From the NCBI GenBank assembly GCA_038496445.1, contig JALMLS010000585.1:1-64000 (forward strand): a DNA stretch of 64,000 nucleotides, written 5' to 3'. The notes below the pieces were generated by a model. The model ran no database searches and was not told the origin of the DNA. It saw nothing but the letters and a program-made list of their open reading frames with translations. Source of the DNA: Trichosphaerium sp. ATCC 40318. Taxonomy: Eukaryota; Protista; Tubulinea. Positions 45,106 through 57,916 of this stretch are shown in pieces. The stretch's first letter is position 1, and each line of letters starts with the position of its first letter. The position numbers and the translations under genes were made by a program.

Positions 45106-46116
45106 ATGGATAGTGATAGCGAAAGCGGTGGCGACCCATTTGGCAATTTTGATTTGACTGTCTTCCCTGATAAAAAGAAAAAATCATTAGGTTCTTATGC
45201 GCTCGATGATAAGCCTCGTATAGAATCTCCAGGTGCACTTTTATTACTTTATTTTGTGCAAGTAACTTACAACCCTCAAAGTGGTTCGTGGATCAAGACA
45301 GCGAGATGGTAGTCGAATTTAACGGCGATATTGGTAAAAATAAGGTTTTTACGTTGCGGTCTGGCGGAGATTACATGTATATGCGTGGAAAGTACGCGGA
45401 TGCGCTGAAACTATACCAAGGTGTACTGGAGATGGAAGATAAGAAGATTTCGTCTGCAACTATTCAAGACATGAAAGAATGTGTATTCCGTTGCTATATG
45501 CACTTGAAAGACTACAAAAACGCACTTCCATTATGTGAGGACATTGTACGCTGGTTCATAGACGTTTTTTCATAATCTCACTTCAACTAGCGTAAAACAG
45601 ACACCCAGAAGCCATGGCTTCACTTACATATGTGTGCTAAAGTTAAGGATAAGCTAGGACATGATCTATTGAGTACGAAAGTTATCCGAACCGTTATTTC
45701 CCCGTTTCTCCAAGATTTGCTCCGTTCTCACTGTGAGGTTAGGTTGCATCAAATTAAACCAGGAGAGCATTAAATTAGCGAAACAATACGCACCTGCATG
45801 GTACAGTCTTGGAAAAATGCAAGCTCGTGCTGGAAGGTATGAAATAGCGAAGAAATGCTTTTCAATGGCTGCACGGTATACACAGAATGAATGGGGAGGT
45901 ATGTACGACAAAATAAGAGTGGACATACGTCAGAGGATAAAAGAATGCGATACAGCCATTGAAAGCGAACAAAACGATGCAGATAAACAAAAGAAATCTA
46001 TCATTACAATTGATGAATGTATACTTGCTTTTGAGAGAGATTTTACTTTTAGTTATGACACTTATACTATGCCGGAAACAGAAACAGTAAAAGAGTTAGA
46101 TCCAACAGGGTTATAA
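45106..46116 (+). CDS. TPR protein resembling C8orf76
   Basis: FDLTVFPDK..SY..WF..GDYMYMRGKYADALKLY..DMKECVFRCYMHL parallels the C8orf76 layout (recalled, not searched). A second TPR is PAWYSLG. Confidence 0.6.
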
Positions 46117-46451
46117 TAAAACAAAACTTGATGTACTCAGTATTGTTACTTTTGAGATGTTTTGTAAAGGTTTAGACCTACCCACACGTGGCTTGGCTGT
46201 CGTGTGAGAATCGTAATTTCGGTGGCTTCTTGGACTACATGCAAGAAAATGACCTTCCCAGAATTTTACTTGTCTATGAAGATAAGAAAGCCAAACTCGA
46301 AGATGCTAGTTTCAGAATCAGTCTAGCGATTATGAGGTTTGATACAGTAAAACTTATGCAAGGATTTACATTTTGATAGATAGTTTATTTGTCCAAGACT
46401 AGAAATACAATTGTACACTTTTTTTTCTTTCGAGATTTGTTTGTTTACGCT

Positions 46452-47554
46452 TCATCTAAACTTTCGCATCCTGAACCATTTAGCCATAGCCCATTTTGTT
46501 CCCTTGATGGTAAAATGTTAGAGACAGTTTATGAATGTAAGAAAGTGTACTTCAAGGACAGGTAGGCTCGCATGTAACGAATTCGGATCTGGTTGCATAT
46601 TTGGATGATAGTCGTAGAACAAAACAGCATCACCGGCTTGTGCCTTCACCTTAACGTTTGTCTTTGGAAAGACAGTTTCGCCGCCTTCATCAGGTGTATG
46701 TAGGTACACAACAACCTAATACAAAGTAAGTAAGACAAGAAAGAACGATGAAAAGTGCAAAGCACTTACAGTGGCAATACGGTTACCATGCTTGCCAATC
46801 CACTTTTGATCAGCGAAATAGTCGTGGTGAGCTTTGTATTGTTGTCCGTTACCATATCTAAGCAAGTAAAAGTATTCTCCATTTTCAGGTGGAAGGTGTG
46901 TCCACGCGCTCAACCGATTCTAAATCACGTGATTAGGTATTGTAATTTGGTTTCAAAAAACAAAATTCTGCTTACGTTGATGGTAACAACCAAAGGATCG
47001 TCTTGCATATACGATAAGAAAGTACCGTAAGAAGTACGGTGTTGTGATTCAGTATCTTTTCTATTAGCACCAGCCACGGTAGATCTTGTCAAGTGTGGCT
47101 CACCTAAAACTTGTTAATAAAATCCGAGAAATACAATGTTTCTTCTTTACCTTTTTTGATTATGTAGTCGCACTCTTCTTGAGTTAGGAATCCCGAATAA
47201 AGCTGTGCTCTATACTAAGTATTAAGAAATTTATGAGCACAATCGTAAATCTCAAATTGTGATCTGTTGAGTAAACAAGACTCTGTTTAAATACCTTGGA
47301 GACCATGCAACAGTAGATATCTTATCATCCTCGATACCACGCCCGAGCATAGTGACAGGTTGACTCGTAGTACTTCTTTTTACTTCAGATGCCATTTGAG
47401 CCACTTCAGCGGTATAAACACTATGTGCGGCCGGTATTTTAGTCTTATTCGCCCCTGTGCGTGCCACTGAAAGGATACCGAGGAAGAAAGCAAAAACTAA
47501 GAGTAGTGTAACTCCTGCAATGATAAGTAGACGATTTTTCTCTAAACGTTGCAT
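46452..47554 (-). CDS. Prolyl 4-hydroxylase (plant/protist type, type II membrane anchor)
   Basis: N-terminal TM; WSPRA.LYSGFLTQEECDYI; RSTV; RTSYGTFL; PENGE..LLRYGNGQQYKAHHDYF; RIAT..YL..GGETVFP; GDAVLFY; SLHASLPV..GTKWAMAKW. Confidence 0.95.
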
Positions 47555-47905
47555 TGATTGTGTAGTCTACGTAGGTTTTGAAGTGTCCTTCTCACCTTTC
47601 CCAATTCTTAACTTTCTCAAAGTTAAAGTGAGAAGAGTACGAAGGGTTGTCTAAGTATTCTCCCTGTATCTTATCATTATGCTTGCTAAATAAGGTCACT
47701 ATTCGGCCACTATTTAAACATACTCCACAGTTTACAGTAAAACAGATTTCTCTCGTTTGTTACACCACTATTTAGGTACTAAGCCTTACTGTAGTTGAGG
47801 TGTTGACGGTTAAAAAAAAACAATACTGGTTTTTGTTTTACACGTGACACATTTACTTAAAACTAATATACAAGCAGCATGTAGTGACCCAAGTTATATA
47901 ATTTT

Positions 47906-49271
47906 TCAAGAAGATTTTACTTCTGCTAATGACGCCTTCTAAAAAAGGAGAAAAAAATAAGAATCTCTCTTCATTAAAATCAAAAAAAAAGAAGAAAGAG
48001 CAAAACCTTTGGTAAGTTCATTCGACTAACACTACGTACTTGTAAGGATAATTCGCTAAGCATACTGGTAATTGCATCAACCTGCTCAGGGACTTTTTTA
48101 GCCTCTGCAATAAATGCTGTGGCCTTTTCATAGTTTTCTGTTTGAACAAAAGTTAGTATTTAATTTTGGTTTTAAAATCTTTTATCCGGGTAACACATAC
48201 CTGTAGATAGTCCAGCTTCATTCATAAATCCATAAAGAGTACCAAGGTGCATGTGGCTTGAATAAATAATTAAACATAAATAATAACGGTGGGTCTTTTG
48301 ACGTTGACCAAACACTAAACAAAAAAGGCGTCTTTCAAGCTTCGTTTCATGTCACAGTACGTACGCATTGGCTTTTCTTAGAGAATCGTCTACAGTTTCT
48401 AGGTATGCCAGTGCTTTTTTATACTCAGCGAGAGCAGTTTCCATGGTTGCTATAAAAGAAATAAGACTTCACAACTGATTGACATATAAAAAAAAGACAA
48501 GCTTACCACTTAGCAAAGCTACGCCGCCGAGCTTTACGTGTACATCAGAGAGAATAGCCTTAGCTGTTGATGGGTCTTCTTTTAACTGTTGCTCGTATAT
48601 TGTACGAGCCACTTCAAGAACCTATTTGCTATGAGTGTAAAGCAAGAAGAGTGCAAAAATAGGAATAAAACGCGAAAACAAAAACAAAACTCTTAAAACG
48701 TGACGTTTGTGTTCTTCTCTTCTTTGTTCAAGTTTCCTTTTTACGATGTCGTACCTCCCAAGCGATTTGTAAATCTGTTGCGTCATCGTCCTGTGGTGTT
48801 ACTGTCGCGCCAAAAGATGGTGTTTGTGCAGTTGGTTGTGCTGTTGTAGTAGTACTTTTAGGTTGTTCAACCGTTTCTACGCTTACTACTTCTACTTTTT
48901 GATCGGTTTCTTCGAAAATAAGTCAAATGGCAAAGTAATACTGTACGTACTTAGAGCCTGTAGTTTGCTCTTTAATATCTCGCTAAAGAGGCTAGTTTCG
49001 TTTGCTAGGTCTAATAGAGCTCCTCCGTAATGTAAATAGTATGGCCCTACTTCTAGGTGCGTGTCACCATGTTCCATAGCTCTTTACAAATGTAAGATTT
49101 AAAAATTGGCGGCAATCGCTTGTTTTAAGCGTACTTTATCTGCACCATACGCGAGTACAACTCTACAAGCAACTCAGCGTTTTTGTTTTGCCGCGCATTT
49201 ACAACTGCTTTGGCCAACTCATCAAAGGTTTCTGGGATATCACCACTAGTTGTTTGTACAGTTTCTGCCAT
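47906..49271 (-). CDS. NASP: NASP/Sim3/Hif1-family histone chaperone (SHNi-TPR)
   Basis: HGDTHLEVGPYYLHYGGALLDLA, DLQIAWEVLEVARTIY, LSDVHVKLGGVALLS, ALAEYKKAL. Confidence 0.8.
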
Positions 49272-49349
49272 TGTATTGGTATAATTATTACGTGTAAGGG
49301 TGTTTTGAGACTGTCTTTGACCTGGCGTGCCGGTCATTTCAATTAAATC

Positions 49350-49978
49350 ATGGCGAGGCAAACAACTCCTCCCGAAGTCCATAAAGACCTCGAAAAACAT
49401 CTCACAAAGGCCATAAACTTATTATACGAGGGAATAGTATCTCTTGAGGACTTCTCAAGCGAAGCTCAAGAGCCATTTTACAATAGAATGTATAAATACT
49501 GTTTTATAGGTGATTGTAACTTATCTACGCATTAGAAACCGTCTGGTTGATTCTTACAAGTCAATTGAAGAGCTTAGGCCGTATGTAAAAGTTGACGTAC
49601 CTATGGCGCTTTTCAAGTATGTACAATGAACAGGGAGAAAATTAGCGTTAACCACTGCATAGAAATATCGACGCAGGTAAAAACCCTGAACTATACACTC
49701 AAGAGACACTAAAGGCTTGTGTTAAACAAAACGAAGTAACCAAAGGCAAAATTGAAGCGTTCAAGGTAAGAAAAGTCAAATGTCATTATTCCTGCGCTAA
49801 AATGACATCTTACCCAACAACTTATCCTCTTTAGGACTTTAGCAAGTGTCTAGAATCAGAAATCAAAGAGCAATTCGCTGACGAGTTTGAAACATTTGTC
49901 AGATTGAAAGCAGAGGCAGAAGCACAACAAAAAGCTGAAGGTGAAAATAAACAAGAACCAGACGCCATGCAAATGTAA
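49350..49978 (+). CDS. MED10: Mediator subunit 10
   Basis: DF..EAQ..FYNRINRLV, VDVPM..IDAGKNPELYTQETL..QNEVTKGKIEAFKDF..L. Confidence 0.93.
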
Positions 49979-50559
49979 TATTAACATCTTATATTGTACA
50001 ATACAAAAAACATGACCCAAAAAAAAAAAGTTACACCTGTAATTGTGCGCTGCTTGACCGAGTGAGGCTTCATAAAATAGAAACAGCAAAAAACAAGGTT
50101 GTATGTCTTGTCAATAGCGTTCACTTGTCGATAGCATGGAGGTACTGGTGAAGAAGACAATTTATGGCAATTTTTTTTTGTTTTTTGTTTTCCGCTGTCA
50201 CGTGCACTTGTGGAAAACAGGAGGATCATTAAAACGCGCTTGCCCCATTCTAGGTGCTGTTGTAGTTCCATGTGCACTTTGTCTGAACGTGCATTAATAA
50301 AAAAGGGCTATAATACGCTTTAATACCTGTTCGGTGAGCCAAATTTACGAAAGTTATACGTTTTGTTTTTGCGGTAGTTATCCTCTACCCATATTAATTT
50401 AATTCGACTGTTTACAATACTTTGAGCCACACGTGCCTATTTTATGTAGGTCTCTGCTTGATTGTGGCTCGCAAGATGGAAGAGGATCATCTATACGCAC
50501 TTGCTTGGGTGGTATAGGCTTCTAAAGACCGTCATACATCTTTTAAGTCTATTTGGGCT

Positions 50560-51270
50560 AAAAGCAAACCTGTGATGTCTTTGAACCACCAAAGCATTTG
50601 AACATTATGTTAATGGCGCTGTGGTAAGCCCAAAACAAAAAAAAGTGTTATGGAACACCAAAAAACTTAACACATCACGTGACTTATAGCACTCTTTCAG
50701 TTGGCCATTTGAGTACCATTGCTTGTATGCCCCTGACCTTTTACCATTTACGTACGTAATTTGTAGCTTTAAGCTACCAGTAGCATTGTTCCACCTGCTA
50801 AACTCTCCGTGTAGTTCACTATTGACATATTGTCGAGAACTTGCAACTTTCCAGTAGAAGACAATGTCTTGTGCTCACCATGTAGTTTTCCATTGACAAA
50901 AAAGCATTGCCTTATAAAACACTCTTGTCATTCCACATCTTACATTCTCCATGGAGTTTCTCATGCTTAAACCAACAGTGTTGTTTATTTTTCGCTTCAG
51001 TGCACCAATTAAAATATTTTTTATTCATTGCTTTGCCACTGTTGCAGTAGTAGAGTTACATATGTAATGTATTGCCTCGAATATACCATGTCAGTAATTC
51101 CTCTCGTTTGCAATTTTTCTACCAACTGTGGTGTACCCAATAGCTGTTTGTACCACTACATTCAAATTTTAGTAAGGTAACAACTATAGCATATGATTTC
51201 AGTGCTACTTTGCTGTGACACCGAAAGGTTAAGCATTCCTTGTTAAGGGCCCGTACATTACGCGCTCATC
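50560..51270 (-). pseudogene. Degraded MORN-variant repeat gene, paralogous in type to 26314-26834
   Basis: Fragments in shifting frames with stops: HCWFKHEKLHGECKMWN, NGKLHGEH, ELHGEFSRWN, YVNGKRSGAYKQWYSNGQL. Confidence 0.7.
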
Positions 51271-51462
51271 AAACTACTGTAACAGGTCGTTGTTAACTAT
51301 GTTCTAACTACTTTATGTTATCTACTCTTGTTTGCTTATCGCCTGTTATACAATAGCGGGCTACTTATTTTGGTAAGTTCGTACAATATAAAGTTGCATT
51401 GTATGCATTTTTTATAAATATTATTCGGAACTCTTCGAAATGAAGTAACAATAAACAGCTCA

Positions 51463-51534
51463 AGCCTACGACGGGGATCGAACCCGCGACCATTAGATTA
51501 AAAGTCTAACGCTCTACCGCTGAGCTACATAGGC
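51463..51534 (-). tRNA. tRNA-Lys, anticodon UUU
   Basis: GCCTATG TA GCTCAGCGGTAGAGC G TTAGA CTTTTAA TCTAA TGGTC GCGGG TTCGATC CCCGT CGTAGGC T forms a full cloverleaf with no intron. Confidence 0.96.
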
Positions 51535-51762
51535 CTTGATGTTAAAATGGATTCAAAGGGTTTTTTATTCATTGCTTTGACAGGAATAGTGTTGTTGCGG
51601 TAATAGAGTTACAGCACTCCTGTTAAGAGTTTGTAATATTTGGCCATGATAAAGAACAATATGAAGCGTGTTTATATTGTACATCAGTTATGATGGTAAT
51701 ACCGATTATCTGAAAAATGTACAGGTTTAGTTTATTAATTTTTTTTCAATATATTGTTGGGT

Positions 51763-53609
51763 TTACACCTTGCGCAACACCGCTTTATCTACGCATATCC
51801 TAGCCACCTCAGGTGTTATAAGTTGAAGGGCATCTTGCAGTCATTATCTTGCCCAGTATACTATTAAACGAGATAAGTAAAGTTCAATTGCAATCAATCT
51901 TAATAACATGTACCTAGTTTTCTTTACGTGTTTTTTTGACTTTAGATTATGCCACAAGTTTAGGGTAATAGACTTTTCTGCCATATCTTCAAGTCCTGAA
52001 TCCTCTGATAATAGCCCTTGTTCTTCTCTGTACACATGCAATTAATAAAATAGGAACGTACCACATTGAAAAAATAAGAAAAAAGTAAGAACAAAGCTCA
52101 ATAACGTTCTGATACACTTATGTATGTGGTGTTACCAATGGAACTCCATTTTGGCAGTGTTTGTACAATAAATCTTACCTTGATACAGGATAAAAAGCTC
52201 TTCTTGGCACTTAAAGTAGAGTAAGCAAAACTTAGCTAATTTTGTTTATCCACTCCAAAAAAAGATTGAGTTTTGTCCTCACGTACAAATCTTTACATGT
52301 GGGTAGTGACCAGTCAAATATACTTTAGAAATCATATGTGAACCAGACCATCCTGCTTTCATAGAGTAATCTGTGGCCATATGCGAGAAAACATCGAGTA
52401 AAAAAGTGTCATTTTTCAAAAAGTTTACCATGACACCATTACCAATAAGCTCTGAAGAAATGCTTGACATTGACTTCCGAAAACCAAGTAAGAATAAAAC
52501 ACCTTAATGAGTTATTGCACATACAGAATGTATTTCTTTGAGAGGTCGTAAAAGAATCTGATCCCAATCTATATACGTTCCTCCATGATGCAACAAAATA
52601 GCAATCCGCAAAACATTTGCCTAAAATAATTCCTTTAGTACTGCTTTCAAGAACATATTGTGACATTTAATCAACATAACACGCAGTAAATATCACCCGG
52701 TTTTAGTGTTTCTGAGGTCATTAGAAAAATGTATGAATTACTCGGCTGTTGCACATAATCTGGGTTGTGTACAAGGAATAAAACCAATGACAATTTACAC
52801 GACAAGATTCACGATTTAAAGCTGTCAAATTCTTTTTTCTTTTCTCACTCAAAAAATCACGTGCCATTATTTTACGTGTGGATTTCATTCCACGCCACTT
52901 CGGACTTTTATTTTCTAGATGACTTAGCCACCCTTTGTTCGCAGAGAAGAGTTCTTTTGTGTTTAATTTTGCAACTCTTATATTCGAAATCCCTCCAAGT
53001 TGTGCCTCGCTCTTGAACTCTCCAGTGTTCCTAATACCTTCTTATACTCTTAACACACTATCTAAACTACCTTACGTCCATACAATGACCATCTTATCAG
53101 GATGAATACGTGCAGCACTCTCAACAGCACATGACGCAACAAACGGTAGTTTCTCAACTCCAATCGCTATGAAATGGATGTACGGACTGTCGTGCGAGTT
53201 AATAGTTACTTTAGAGCGTTTCAAATCACGTGGTCGTAGTAAATCTCTCCCTTTACCAGAACCATGACGTGTTTTACTTTGTCTATGACTGATTAGTATG
53301 TTGTGAGCGTTAAACTAGCTACTTGGGTGCGTATGCTTTTATAATAAGTGGTTTAACATCTCCAGGGAATACAGAACTCTGTGGAACATCGTGTACGTCA
53401 TCAAGAGGCTTTTGTTTGCTTTCCTTGATAAAAAAAGGATTTAGACCCTTTTGTTTTACTAATCACGTGCTACCTTCGCGTTGTAGGTATACAATACTAG
53501 TGCTAGCACCCAAATCGCCACGAATATGACTAAATGATGGAACTATGCCATAGAAGAGTTGGTGTGAAGACAACGTATATTTTTATAGTACCTTTACACG
53601 ACAATACAT
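51763..53609 (-). CDS. Type II membrane glycosyltransferase, GT32 / alpha-1,4-galactosyltransferase-like (DXD)
   Basis: TM LVIFVAIWVLALVLY; SCAVESAARIHPD; ANVLRIAILLHHGGTYIDWDQILLRPL; IGNGVM; LNLWHN; C-terminal RCPST. Confidence 0.88.
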
Positions 53610-53849
53610 TTCATTGGCTACTTTCTAACGTTTTGAAGTTAAGTTAAGTCAAAGCTTGACAGTTTCAACAAATAGCATACTACAGGGTTCGTATCTGTGA
53701 GGTCACGAACATGAAACCAACGTAGACTGTACATATTACGCGAACGCGTCTAGGCATGTACAGAGCCTGCCAATATTGGCTGGTGATCAATAAATAGGAG
53801 CTTGTAAAGATTCACATTGGCGAAGTGTCAAAATATCTAAAGCTGTACA

Positions 53850-54951
53850 GTAACATTTATTCACATGTTTGTGGTGTCAGATGAAGCGTTAGTGGTTTAT
53901 TACCAGCCATCTATACGACAAGTTAAATCAAAGGAGAAGTTCTATTGAAGGACTCTTACCAAAGACAATCTTTCTTGATATGGTTTCCCAGGCGCTTTGA
54001 ATGAATAAGCAGCAACCTGGAACGACATTAATACTAAATAAATGGAGTATAAATCTAGTACAGGAGAGGATGATCCGCTTTTGCCCTTGACAAATGAGCC
54101 TCCAGGTGGTTTTACATAAAATCGAGCTGGTTTTTTAGCAAGTGCTTCTTTGCTGTCTTTGAATACTGTAATGGTTAGTGTCGGGTCTAACCGTTTTTCT
54201 TTTTGTTGTGTTTTAACACAATCATCTTCTACACTTTGCTTCCGTGGGCGAGGAATGTGCAATTGTGCTCGATGTGCTGTCAACCGATACCTACTTTTTT
54301 GTTAAATAAACAAATTTTTTACTACCGTGTACTCTAGTAGCATCTTTTTAAGGAAGTGTAGGTCTATTATTCCCATATGCATGATGTAACCACCTCTATC
54401 ACAAGTAAGTACGTCAAACTATCAAAGAGACTCACCGAAAGAGGGTATCATATCTACGATTACAATATCCCAATGACTTGCCAAAAATAAACAGTGCTCT
54501 GCACGTTGTCATGAAAGCTGACATACGCTTTCTATTCCCCCTCATTGGTTTAGGACTTATATACCATAGAAATTTATCTAAGACAGTCAGCTAGGGATGA
54601 CTCGACACAACTTTCTGTTCATTGAATGGAAAAGAGTAGCTTGTAAAAAAAAAGGCGTAAATCTTGTTTTTTGTCATTTCTATTTGCTTCTACGCATTTG
54701 TATGTACTTAATTATACATCCAATCATATAATAGAGCAAATGAAAACAGTTTTAAGCATGTAATTCACCGTACCTAGTATTTCGAGTGGAAACACTCTAA
54801 AATCGCCGCTATCCGCGTTTGCGTATTGTTCTCCGTACTTATTTAATATATCAAGGTCAGTATGTAACAGTCCGTATGCAAACAGCTTTCGGGATCTCTC
54901 ATAGTATTCATCTAAGTTCTTCCCATGCAGGGACAACAAGTTGCTATGCAT
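53850..54951 (-). pseudogene. Multi-exon unknown gene with in-frame TAG stops
   Basis: Exon-like blocks bounded by GT/AG, including SSHP*LTVL and KRCY*ST. No family recognised. Confidence 0.3.
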
Positions 54952-55534
54952 TGCTAACAATAGAGCTCGAAATTAGGGTGTAGCGGAATTCGTTAAGTCA
55001 TTTTGACAAAATGCGCACTTAATCAGTTTTCAAGAAGTTTAAGCTTGATTACGTTGAATGAGAATGCTCGGAAACGGTAGATACAACGCATTTATTACGA
55101 TTAAGCACATGTTTGCCTTTTTTACCGTGTCACTATTTTATTGACACGCAATTACAGCTTGAAAAGCGTTTATTATGTGGTTTATTGCGTAAAAGAAGCT
55201 TTAAAACGCTTGTTATGTATGACACGAAAAAATAGCAAAATTTTCTCGTCGCACAGTGCCGACCCCGTATACTTCCTTGAAGGAGCGGTCCTCATTGGCG
55301 AAATAAACGTATCTGGACAGGGTTTGAAGCTCAAAAGCGTGTGGGCACAAATTGTTTTTCCAATTTGAGAGACTACGTGAACATCTCCGCCTAAAGCACA
55401 GGTGATAGACCCCATATCAAGATTGCCCACAAGAATGTGAAGACTCGGCATTGCTAGCGGCAAGTCAAAGGTCGTAATCTGCGATTTATCAGTGCGGAGA
55501 AACTAAATAGTCGACACCCTGAATCACAAATATA

Positions 55535-56070
55535 AAAGTGTCAACTTCCCTCTAGTAAAAAACAAAAAAAGTCACGTGATTTTTAACGACAGTGTGGTCT
55601 ACTTTCGCTAAACCTTGATACTCGCTCAAGGTTTACCTAGGCAACTGGAGGGCACTGCGCTCGCTTGCGCTTCGCTGGATAGATCACAACACAACAGCGC
55701 TATCTACTTGGTATTAATAAAAAAACTGTTTATTTACCTTCAAAAAAGCCTCAAACCCCCTCTCGCTGTACTACATATAATAATAAACACACTCTCAATT
55801 ATTGTTTGAAAAAGTCTCAACTCCCACCTAGTAAAAAACTGTCTAGCGAAACACTTCTGTCTTTTGTGTTTTTGGTCAACATGGTTAAAATCGAAAAAGT
55901 CTCAAACCCTCTCTACCCAGATGGTTTTTTTTTCCTTTAATCGATATTTGCTATAATCGTCAACACCTCAAATGCTGTCTAGCGAAACACTTCCGTCTTT
56001 TGTGTTTTTGGTCAATATAATTAAAATCGAAAAAGTGTCAAACCCACCCTAGCTCGAAATGGGCCGTTGG
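55535..56070 (+). repeat. Local direct repeats: ~80-nt duplication (about 55839-55914 vs 55975-56050) plus five AAAAG(T/C)(G/C)TCAA-CCC motifs
   Basis: ctgtctagcgaaacactt(c/t)gtcttttgtgtttttggtcaa..ttaaaatcgaaaaagt(c/g)tcaaaccc occurs twice. The short motif also lies near 55535, 55743 and 55810. Confidence 0.8.
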
Positions 56071-56138
56071 AATAAGTCAATGCCACGTGCCAGTTAAGTC
56101 TAACTTCGTCAGTACAACTCTCGGCGAATAACGCCAAT

Positions 56139-57916
56139 ATGGTACTTGCAGCGTTCCACCATGATTTATTAAGCTAAATTCGATTCTAGAGGGCTACTAA
56201 TATTGGTTTTGCCGTGTTATTATTCTTTTCAGCGACTATCGTTCTATTTGTTATGTACAGGAACACAGTAAGCGTTTACACCTAATGTTTATTTATTTTA
56301 CGCTTTATAATAACATTACCACCTTAGACACTCCTTATAAAACTCGGAGAGCGTAACAAAGAAGTGATCCGCTTGAGATCCGAATTAGAAATGAAGAATA
56401 AATGCAATGAGGAAGATCTCTTTCGCTGTTCTGAACAACTCTTTAGTTATGAAAGCACAATACGCAATTTCAAGGTACTGGGGTGACGTGTTGCTTTGTA
56501 ACACAGAAAAAGTTTTTTTGTTTTTTCTCACGTGGAACAACCACAACATACATGTTATACTGTTCATCTAAATTTGAGCATAAAAATAAGCTTAAATCCG
56601 GGATAATTCCTGTCTTTTGGGGTATTTCGAAAACGTTGAATTGTCACATTTATGGAATCTTTACAGTGTTATTTCTCAACACTACAATGATATACTTTTG
56701 GTTTTTTATTACTTTCTACAAACTTCTATTTCTTAATTCTCCTCAAAGGAAACACCAACAAAGCTCAGTTCACGATATGCTTTGCTTCCAGATGAGATTT
56801 ATGATTGGCCAAAGTTACACAAAGACCAAGATGCTCTTATCGAGCATTTGAAACCATTTGGAGATGAAGTTGACATTAAAGAGAACGGAATGGTTGGACC
56901 ACTTGATCAATGGGGATTGTACACAATGACACGTTACTTCAAGGTATGTGCACTGATTTAACGAAATATTTCAAGTCTACACGTGATAAAAAGTTAAAAG
57001 ACATTCCTTGAATACAAACACGTGACATCAACAATGTGTTCAAATGCAATGTTAATTTGATTTTTACAGCCGAGGCGCATAATTGAGATTGGAAGCGGTC
57101 ACTCAACAAGAGTCCTACATCAAGCAATGCTTGCAAATAAGATAGACGGATATAAAACTGACATCACTTGTATTGAGCCATACAGAGCGGATAAAATCAA
57201 AGAAGAACTACGTGGTGATGTCAATGTGATCAACAAACAAGTTCAGGAGTACAGAGTTTTTTTAGATTTAGTTTGTTGTTTACTTACATCGAATCAGCGT
57301 TGATGTGAGTGTTTTTAAACAATTGGAGCCTGGTGACTTTCTTATTATCGATAACTCTCACGTGATGCAACCTTATGGAGATACTATCTTGGAGTACACG
57401 TACATCGTTCCACTTGTCCCAGAAGGCACTATAGTCCATTTCCATGACATCTTTGTACCATATGACTACCCGAAGAAATGGTACAACGCCCTCAGACAAT
57501 ACACAGAACAGTAAGATACACTTAAAGGAAATTTAAAGTTAACAAACACTTTGTTTAATAGATACCTGTTTGCTGCCTTCATTTATGGTAATTCTTATTT
57601 CAAGATTGCATTGTCAGTACACAACATGGATAAACACAGCAGTACGTCAACAATGAACAAGTCTAAATACCACTTTTGTCTTTTTTGCAGACTGTTAGTC
57701 TAAAATCTTGTTTTTTTCTTTGAATAGAGCACAGAGATGAGATAAGAGCAACTGTAAAGTATCCACAAGAATTTTACATGAATGGATTAGATAGTGGTAC
57801 GCTTTTAGCAAAGTTAGTTATGGTCCAAATTAATGTGGTTTGTAATAGGAATGTGGGTGATTAAAGACATGTCATTTGACCCAACAGTAGAAGTTGTAAG
57901 GCCAAAATCTTCTTAA
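56139..57916 (+). CDS. Membrane-anchored class I SAM-dependent methyltransferase (Methyltransf_24-like)
   Basis: N-terminal TM and coiled-coil stem; KPRRIIEIGSGHST; ITCIEPY; VFKQLEPGDFLIIDNSHV; GTIVHFHDIFVPYDYP; TEQYLFAAF. Confidence 0.88.

Noticed and set aside
55535-56070. CRISPR-like array
   Set aside because: Repeat units vary in length and spacing, there are no cas genes, and the context is eukaryotic.
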